DNA of 64,000 nucleotides from Eledone cirrhosa (Eukaryota): assembly GCA_964016885.1 (NCBI GenBank), contig OZ024742.1:191890001-191954000 (forward strand), read 5' to 3'. The translations under genes were made by a program, and so were the position numbers. This document shows, piece after piece, positions 52,124 through 64,000 of the stretch. The notes under the pieces are model-generated. The model had not been told where the DNA came from and made no database searches. It saw nothing but the letters and a program-made list of their open reading frames with translations. Every line of letters starts with the position of its first letter. Within the stretch, counting starts at the first letter, position 1.

Positions 52124-53754
52124 TGCAAACTCTACTAAGAGTATTGCTTGTCACATTACAGAAAATGGTGCACTTTTAGGTTACAGCCAGCCAGCCACAT
52201 GAACTTGTAACACATCCTGAAAAAGCAATGCCTCTGCTTTGAAGGTTTTTTAAGTGGGGAAAGGCCTTGCACTCGACCAATCCCACTCTCTGAGCATGGA
52301 AAACACTACCCCAAAACGCGGACTGGTCAACATCATCGGATACATCGGATGCCGCAGAGTTTTTTTCAGAGTTTTCCTCTCTTAGAAAGGTGTTGTGACA
52401 AATAGTTGTTTCTGACAGGACCTGCTGTTAGGAGTGTTTGAGGACTCTTCCTCCACGACCCTTTCAGGGATACGTGCGCGAAGAAGAAAAACGTGAGTGT
52501 GAGTCTTTGGAACTCCCAGTATTGTGACATCAATTTCTCTATATACTGTCGGCATTGTTATTTCTTGAGGAAATGTTTGTTTCTCATTTTCACATACACA
52601 TAATTCAGACATTTATATAATTGCATGTACAGATCCTGGCGAGGTTGCGTGCTTGTTGCAGCGGGTGTCACTGGCCATCGCCCGGGAGAATGCTTTAGCC
52701 GTTTTGTCCGTGGGGCGCAGCATTCCTTCCCCCTTAAACTAGGCCAAAAGCCCCATCATCTCGTCTCTTCTGCAATACCAGAGCTCTTACCATCACTTCC
52801 CTTTCCTCACTATTTTTCTTCTTTCGGTCTTTCATTTTTATCTTCTATAATTACCCAGTCTCTCTTTCCTCGTGTCTCCCCATGTTTAATTTTTTCTTAC
52901 TAAATAAAGTTTTTTTTTTCTTTTGAATAAATTCCTTTTTTTTTTTCATTTACCATTAAAATCAAACAACCACTCTGTTAAATAAAATAATTATTAATTC
53001 TAAGAACAATCCCAGTGAATTCTATGAGAAAAGGAACTTCACCGGTTTCGAGAGCAAGTGTTTCTATATTATGATGAAATAGTGGTTTATTCGTTACAGT
53101 TACATTGTCAGGTAAATGACTGTTACACAAATACGCCAAATACGTGCATTCCCAATATAATTCTTAAGGGGAGTTGTATACATTCCATGATTTATGGACA
53201 TCCATTGTTGTCGACTATGTGTTGATTGCAGTTATTCGATCAACTGAACAACACATTCGGTGAATAATCTCGCAAGTTGCTGAGCATTCCACATGTGTCT
53301 AAATTCCGCATGTATCCCAAACATATAATTCTTAGGAACATTAAGTGTGACACAATGTGTATCAAAGCTGGGCCATTGAAATATATATATAAAATGACTC
53401 TTGTATTATATATGGTAAGTGTCCGAGCACTCCAATGATGCATGTATCCTAAACATTCTCAGGGTATTCAGTGTGATACAATTTGTGTCAAAGCTGGGCT
53501 GTTGAAATATATATACAATTACACTTGCATTATAAGTGGCTGAGTATGCCACAGACACGTGTAATTAATGTAATTCAATGTGATGCAATGAAAGAGAAAG
53601 GTCGGAATAATGAATTAAAGGAACAGTTCATTCGACAGATCTTCATCTATCCAATTTTACTCATAAAACATGGATCCATACGAGTCTATGATAAACGGCA
53701 CTTGCACAAAATGCAGCCCTACCCCAAATTGCTTGACCGACAACATGTTTTGAA

Positions 53755-54225
53755 GTTTTGAGTTACGGCCCTTTACGTTCTGAGTTAGCTTTGCCTTTCA
53801 TCCTTAGTGGGTCAATAAAAATTGTACCAGTCACACCCTGGGGTTGATTTAATCGAATTTCCCCCACCCCAAAATTGCTGCCCTTGTGCTAAAATCAAAA
53901 CCCTCAAATCCTGCCGAGGTTAACTTTCATCCTTACGGGGTCGATAAAATAAAGTACCAGTAATGTACTGAGTTAATTATTGGCCTTGTGCCAAAAGTAG
54001 AAAAAATTATTATGGCGGTGAATTAACAGTATCGGTAGAGAGTAGAACGCCAGCTTTCTAGCATAGTTATGTCATACGGTCTGAGTTCAAATCCCGTCGA
54101 GGTTAACTTTGCCTTTCATCCTTACTGGGTCGATAAAATAAAGTACCAGTAATGTACTGGGTAATTGCTGGCCTTGTGCCAAAGTAGAAGCAATTATCAT
54201 AATGGCGGTGGATTTGCAGTATTTG
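53755..54225 (+). mobile_element. Head-to-tail cluster of SINE family 1 copies and fragments
   Basis: Repeated ctttcatccttac..gataaaataaagtaccag..gccttgtgccaaa; ggcggtg heads at ~54013 and ~54203. Confidence 0.8.
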
Positions 54226-54413
54226 TACAACGTCAGGCGGGACACCTTTAACAAAGTCCATCTTGTATGCATGCAAACCTGTTGATTTGAAGAGTGAACA
54301 TAAGCACGAATCACCTGGCTCCCGAGGCACAGGCAGCTTCACAGTTACAATAACATATCACACTACCGATATACAGAAATATGTTTCTCCCGGTTTCACA
54401 CACACACACACAC

Positions 54414-54486
<73 letters not shown>

Positions 54487-54488
<2 letters not shown>

Positions 54489-54947
54489 GCGATGAATTAG
54501 TTTTGCGAGGTTTTTTATATGAAATCGTGTGTCGAAACAAATATTGTTATACTTGGGAGGGTCATATTTGTGTAATATTGCCAGAATTAATAACAGAACA
54601 CACTCACTGTTTGGTTGGTTTTCGCTTCTCGCTTCTGTGTTTTTATATCGGTAATCTAATATACTCGGTCCTCAATGTTGCCATTGACTGACCGGCGGTC
54701 AAAATTAATACAGATACAATATAGACAAAAGCACATATATATAGTTTATCATAAATCTTTCGTTGCACATCTGCAACATCGTCAGTGGTGCTATATTTTC
54801 CTCCTGTTGTATTGTATGTCTACGCCATTTTTATTCAGATATAAAAGACACAGAAGCGAGAAGCGAAAACCAACCAAACAGTGAGTGTGTTCTGTTATTA
54901 ATTCTGGCAATATTACACAAATATGACCCTCCCAAAGTATAACAATA
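54487..54947. mobile_element. Non-autonomous PLE-D pLTR derivative with fold-back and HHR (54741-54794, minus), in (TA)n
   Basis: Homologous to 33467-33810; ~54543-54648 mirrored at ~54839-54947. Confidence 0.85.
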
Positions 54948-55099
54948 TATATATATATATATATGTAGATAAATCTACCAAAAGTTTACGGTAGTGTCCA
55001 ATCCGTATGAAGAACTCAATGTAATCCGGATATCATGAAAAGAGAAGATGCATTCAAAAACTACTTTCGGTGAAAAATAAACGGAAAACAGAGTCAAGA

Positions 55100-57313
<2,214 letters not shown>

Positions 57314-57507
57314 CATATACATATATATAAAACTGTAGTTGTCTCTGTGTGTGTGTGTGTCCTCATTTTTGCAAAGTCTATACAAATCCACATTTCTACT
57401 CCGATTGACTTCAAACTTGCATTTAAATATTCCTTGCTATCTAAAGATATTAACTTTTATTTTCAATTTTCTGTTGTTTAAGGGGTGTTAGGCGCCGGTT
57501 ATCGATC

Positions 57508-58487
57508 TCCGTCGCGCCCTTATAATATCTGTCTGTATGTCTGATTGTGTCTGCATTACGACATTATGAGAAACATTGATGACGTACTATGTTCGCTATT
57601 TTCCGTTCATTGCCAGGGAACGTCTTCACGAACCAAAGTATCGTCTTCCAGTTTTCCTTCGGTTGCAACGTTTTTCGAAATATTTACTTCTGCGTTCACA
57701 GATTGATTTTTTTTTAGTTTCAGAATATCCCGTTAATGGTGAAAGCAGCGATTCTTTGCTTAAACTTTAATTTGTTATTTTAATATATAATATAAGCGAG
57801 GTAAGCCAGCCCAGTTGCCACTTCTTGTCAATAAACATTAATCTTTTGTGTGCTATTCATCTAACAGTAGACCAACAAATTCCAACTAAACGGAGCGTTG
57901 ACAAGAATGACGGCGAATGAATCTTCGAGGTAAGCAGTTTCTTCCCGAGTTGTTAGTTCACGCAGGATTCTCTGCTACACCTTTTCGTATTAATACCGAA
58001 CAACGTACTGCTGGTCATTCCTTCCTCCAAAAGCCGTACAAAGCGGACATGTGCATCGGGCAGATGGATCGGGTGCAAATCTACACCAGGCCTACGCGAG
58101 AAATTCGCAAAGGACTGCACCGACAGGGATAGAGAGAAAGAGTAATTTAGTGGAAAGTGTGCGAATGAATTGTTGAGGTAAGTAGCCTCTGCCTTATTGC
58201 TATGACACTGGAACCTTCTGCCACCTTAACCTGTCACTTTCTCTTTCACATTCACTCCAATAGGCCAAAACAGAGGAATATGAAAAGAAGGGACTCAACA
58301 CTATTTCTATGAACAATGCACGTAGACAGCTAAACTGTACTTTCAACTTCTTAATTTTCTCCAAATAAAACAAGTTTCCTGTCGGTATATTTTCGTGAGT
58401 TTTAACAGGCACTAACAAATAAAGGTTTCTCATTGGAGGTGCTATTACCAGTGTTCTTACCCGTGCAACGCCGAGATACACTGCTAG

Positions 58488-58488
<1 letters not shown>
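57508..58488 (+). mobile_element. Helitron-like relic
   Basis: Shares gtcgcgcccttataatatctgtctgtatgtctga with the 9.7-kb element; ends ccgtgcaacgccg..ctgCTAGt. Confidence 0.45.
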
Positions 58489-58568
<80 letters not shown>

Positions 58569-58581
58569 AGAGAGAGAGATA

Positions 58582-58625
<44 letters not shown>

Positions 58626-58945
58626 GTGTTTGTGTTTCTGTATCCTGCGTTCAATCGCGGGTAACCACAATAAGTAAGGTACTCAATACATAATAGAGTA
58701 TATAATGTTTAATATAGAAATGGCTTCTACAGGTTTAGAAATGTTTCATTCGAAGGAAATCATCAGAGCAAACATCACGAGCGCTCTATCTCAAAATTAT
58801 TTTTGAAAAGCATTAGAAATGCGCAACCGGTAATAACTTAAAACTAAAACTGAATACTAACCAATACTTATTACTAATTTATACTTATTCCTAATTAAAC
58901 TATTTTTCACTGGGAAAAATTTGTCAGCATTTTCTTTTCCTTTTA

Positions 58946-59028
<83 letters not shown>

Positions 59029-59521
59029 GTGAGGTTTAATTTACAAATTGAAAAATAACCGAGGTGTCCTACACGAGTGAAAGTATAAAGAAATAGCGAT
59101 GAAATCGAAAATGCAACTGGAGTCTTATTTTTAAAAAATATATATATATATTTATTTGGTTCCTTTACCGGTTTCGCAGTTCTTCTGCTTTTCAAAAGTA
59201 GAGTTGAGATGGAGGGTCTGTGGTTTTTCTCAAAAGTTTAGCCATCGACTATCTCATTTCTCATGTGATATTTCAAGTACACGTCATTCCATAAAATGCT
59301 CATGACCAATGTACTAAGCACAATAAATTTCACTGCACTTGACTATACATAAATTCATTTACGAATATGTTCTTTTCTTTTTCGTTCATTGCCTCAAACA
59401 TATTATCCTCACATTTTCCCTCTTTCTACCTTTTCTTCTATACTTCTTCCATTCCAGCATTACTTCATTTGCACTAAAGAACCTACACCATATAATATCA
59501 TATAATATCATATATATATAT

Positions 59522-59696
59522 ATATCTGCATTGCTTTATTGTACTACAATAAAACTCACCTCCTATATATATATATATATTGTTATACTTTGGTGCGTGT
59601 GTTTCTTATTGGCAACATGACCCTCCCAAAGTATAACAATATCGGTTTCGACAGACGATTTCAGATAAAGAATCTTGCTAAACAAATTCAGAAACG

Positions 59697-59752
<56 letters not shown>

Positions 59753-59927
59753 CGTTTCTGAATTTGTTTAGCAAGATTCTTTATCTGAAATCGTGTGTCG
59801 AAACCGATATTGTTATACTTTGGGAGGGTCATGTTGCCAATAAGAAACACACGCACCAAAGTATAACAATATATATATATATATAGGAGGTGAGTTTTAT
59901 TGTAGTACAATAAAGCAATGCAGATAT
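59522..59927. repeat. Near-perfect ~400-bp palindrome centred on a (TA)n run
   Basis: ...aaacaaattcagaaacgaaa (TA)n tttcgtttctgaatttgttt...; arms contain the PLE-E pLTR tail and a nested tattgttatactttgg/ccaaagtataacaata hairpin. Confidence 0.92.
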
Positions 59928-60290
59928 CGGATAAGTAGCACTCTACAGTTTGTAGGACTGGAGTATAAATAATAATATATAAGATCAAAAGATGGTTAAA
60001 AGAGTTCCATGTATTTTATTATGCGCATTTCAAAAACAAATATCATGATGCAATAACATTTGTGTTTTTGTCAGATAAAATAGGGAGACATGATATGAAG
60101 GTTAAAACACACTTGTGAATAGTGCAGTTTTAAATCAACATATGGATTTGTTGATTTAAAACTTCATATCATGTCTCCCTATTTTATCTGACGAAAACGC
60201 AAATGTTATTGCATGATGATATTTGTTTTTGAAATGCGCATAATAAAATACATGGAACTCTTTTAACCATCTTTTGATCTTATATATTAT
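59885..60290. mobile_element. PLE-E pLTR fold-back with an intact HHR (60180-60250, plus, CTGACGA) and a mutated one (~60012-60082, minus, CTGACAA)
   Basis: Arms mirror around ~60143; homologous to 42815-42980. Confidence 0.85.
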
Positions 60291-60494
<204 letters not shown>

Positions 60495-60769
60495 ACGTAT
60501 TACAAAACTATGTATTGTGGGGAGTGGACATTTCTATTAGGAAATTCAATTGTGATAGTGAATATGAAACTATACTGTGAGAGAGAGAGAGAGAGAGAGA
60601 GAGATAGATAGAGAGAGAGAGAGAACGAAAGAAATGAGTGTGCGAAAGAAAGAGTGCATCATGTATACACGTAAATTGTATGAGTATATATGTGTATGTT
60701 TATGAGTAACTGATATATATATATATATACACACATATATATATACCTATATATACATATGTGTGTATA

Positions 60770-60817
<48 letters not shown>

Positions 60818-60831
60818 TATATATATATACC

Positions 60832-60917
<86 letters not shown>

Positions 60918-61434
60918 TATATACAGATATATAGATATATTTATCTATGCGTTGTATATGTGAAATAAATGTAATTTTTATCGAAATAAAAATGCCATCT
61001 CGTTACTTTGAGGTTAAACATTTTTTTTTTATTTTAACGAAGTAGTGAAAAAAAAGAAGAAAAAAAACAAACAAAAAAAACTAAAAAACACACACAAAAA
61101 TATTCCCTAATACAGTATTATTTCATTGATTGTAAAAATATTATTATTATTACTTTTACCACCACAATCACTGCTGCCGCCACCTTGTCTACTACTAAGG
61201 CTACTACTACTACTACTAAAAGATGATGATGCAAATTGATGTATATCCACGTAGATACATATGTAAAACCTATATGTGTGGTGATATAGTTATATTTCTA
61301 ACAATGACGTACACTTATAGTCAAACGTAAATATGTGTATGTGAAGAATAATCTAATACATAACTGCATGACTATACAAACGTGGATGTATGGATGGTTG
61401 AATATTTATATATATATATACATATAGTTTACTG

Positions 61435-61468
<34 letters not shown>

Positions 61469-61488
61469 CTTATATATACATAAAGTTT

Positions 61489-61586
<98 letters not shown>

Positions 61587-61589
61587 AAG

Positions 61590-61625
<36 letters not shown>

Positions 61626-61644
61626 TTATATATACATAAAGTTT

Positions 61645-61691
<47 letters not shown>

Positions 61692-61701
61692 GTATATAAA
61701 G

Positions 61702-61754
<53 letters not shown>

Positions 61755-61787
61755 CATATATATATACATACATACATACACATCTTC

Positions 61788-61843
<56 letters not shown>

Positions 61844-61854
61844 CTTTATATGTA

Positions 61855-61963
<109 letters not shown>

Positions 61964-62223
61964 AAGAAGCAACTTATTAAGTCATGTTGATTTTCTGAAC
62001 TTAGAATACATAAAACAAACAGCAACAAGAACAAAGTCAGTCCTCCAAATATTCAAGACGATGAACTTCTAGATTTATCGATTGACACACGATTTTTATG
62101 GTTCCAATTAAAATATTGAGAACCGACATATGAAGTAGCTTATTAGAAAGCTGCACCTTTGTACAGACAGACAGACAGACATACACACACACACACCCAC
62201 AAACATATATATATATATAAATG

Positions 62224-62258
<35 letters not shown>

Positions 62259-62584
62259 ATAAGCATCAATATGTCCACGTGTGTGTAGTCACATAGTTAT
62301 ATATGAGAATGTGCGTATGAGTGTGTGAGTGTTTGTGTGTGTGTGGGTGGGGGGGGGGGTATATGTGTGCACGTTTGCGTGTGTGCGTGCGTGTTTGTTT
62401 CCTCACATGTGTAGTTATACAACGTAATCTTGTACACAATCTATATGAAATGTATGTTCTGCAAACTGTATCTCATATGGAACGCTAAGTGAAACTCGTA
62501 CTGCAACTAACTGTCATGTAATGTTTTAAAATACAACGCACACCCATATATATATATATATATACACACATGTATATATATATA

Positions 62585-63250
62585 TATAATCAAGGTTTAG
62601 CAAATAAGAAAAAGTTTCAAAATAAATTTTAAAAAATTCGCTGTACTCACTATGGTTAGCTTTACCGAATCGGTTTCGAGTCTCAAAAATAAATGGACAG
62701 TCCTTGCGGCCTTCCATTGCAAAGATAAACTCTCGTCAGAAGGATCTTTTCACTCGGAGAATATAAAATTCCCGAGTTCAAATTACGAACTGGCGCTATT
62801 CAAAATTGTTCCCGAGATGAAAATAAATGATATGGAAGCAATTCCGTCCAGTGCCGTGTGTAAAGATAGAAGCGAAGGCAGGGAGGTCAGTCTACTACCA
62901 CTATAACTAGCAGCAGTCAGAACTACCAAATTTTTTTCTCGACCAAGAGGAGAATAATAATAAAATATATATCCCTACACGCAAAAAGCGTCTAGGGACA
63001 CATATATTGTCCAACCATATGCCAATGTAGTTCAATGGCAGGTTAATAAATTAATGAGCCAGAACATATATAATCAAGGTTTAGCAAATAAGAAAAAGTT
63101 TCAAAATAAATTTAAAAAAATTCGCTGTACTCACTGTGGTTACCGAATCGGTTTCGAGTCTCAAAAATAAATGGACAGTCCTTGCGGCCTACCATTGCAA
63201 ATATAAACTCTCGTCAGAAGGATCTTTTCACTCGGAGAATATAAAATTCA
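62585..63250 (-). mobile_element. Retrozyme/pLTR-like unit: ~180-bp direct repeats (period ~480) each with an HHR (62660-62742; 63138-63220)
   Basis: Minus strand: ctt CTGACGA gagttt...agactc GAAA ccg-att-cgg TA aag; the second copy has lost the 3' strand of helix I; perfect-stem hairpin follows at 63251-63312. Confidence 0.75.
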
Positions 63251-63394
63251 TACGATATTAACAAATGGAAACTATATTTATAAAATCATAGTTTCCATTT
63301 GTTAATATCGTAATTTTACTCCAATAATTTGTTGAGTGCTTTATATCAGTTATAAAAATATTTGCTTGTATCCCAACAATTTAAATAGAACTTC

Positions 63395-63448
<54 letters not shown>

Positions 63449-64000
63449 TATATGTATTCCTATCACAACTCCGACCAGCAAGAAACGTACACTAGACAAA
63501 TACAATGAGCACAATATACAATTACCCAATTATATAAAATTAAAACCAACGCAACATACTGGTACTAATAGGACGAACTTCAGCAGACTACAATCACCAT
63601 CACACATGTATCATTGACTTGTCTCTCATTTTCTCTCTTTACGTTGCATTACTACTTTTCTTTATTTACTGTCCCTCTTTCTCCACCCTATTCGCTCTGT
63701 CCCAATAACTTATTTTAGTTATTGCTCGCACCGATTTTGAGGTATCTGGTCTTTAATGCGAAGAAATATCGATGATAGTCAGGAGATCACTGATGATGGA
63801 CAGTCCCGTTTCTCGCTCTATTTTTCAATCATATGTATCACACTCTCAACACGCAGCACGCCATTTTTTCATTCATATATTTTTCTAAGGCGGGTAAAAT
63901 TCCCCAGATCCATGGACGAGTTCTCTCCAGCGGTCTCTGTCCCTCATTATCGCTTCCATGTCCTGCGTCTCCAATATATATATATATATATGTATGTATG

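Noticed and set aside
58200-58481. MYLGVARV resembling the Helitron helicase YVA.SRV motif
   Set aside because: On the strand opposite the putative CTAG end, with no other helicase motifs
63790-63812. CTGATGA followed by a ggac/gtcc hairpin
   Set aside because: Followed by GTTTC rather than GAAA; core incomplete

Overview
AT-rich, microsatellite-saturated animal DNA with no recognisable host gene. The SINE families and (TA)n density suggest an octopus or other cephalopod (inference). Almost all coding potential is retrotransposon-derived. There are five Penelope-like elements (PLEs; RT and/or GIY-YIG endonuclease), most with inverted or pseudo-LTR (pLTR) arms, and one retains an uninterrupted 581-aa RT-GIY-YIG frame (40160-41905). 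There is also a near full-length disabled CR1/L2-group LINE, a decayed RTE fragment, tRNA-derived SINEs and Helitron/mariner-like relics. The main hidden signal is RNA. By eye I find about ten sequence-unrelated families of type I hammerhead ribozyme (HHR) motifs, roughly 25-30 copies. They include a nearly homogeneous 312-bp tandem array with one minimal HHR per monomer (43811-46441; retrozyme or circular-RNA-like), HHRs with a compensatory U3-A8 core (UUGANAA), GAUA/GCAA core variants and HHRs with very long helix II inserts. Most lie in small fold-back elements flanked by (TA)n runs. All folds were paired by hand; none was computed or tested.
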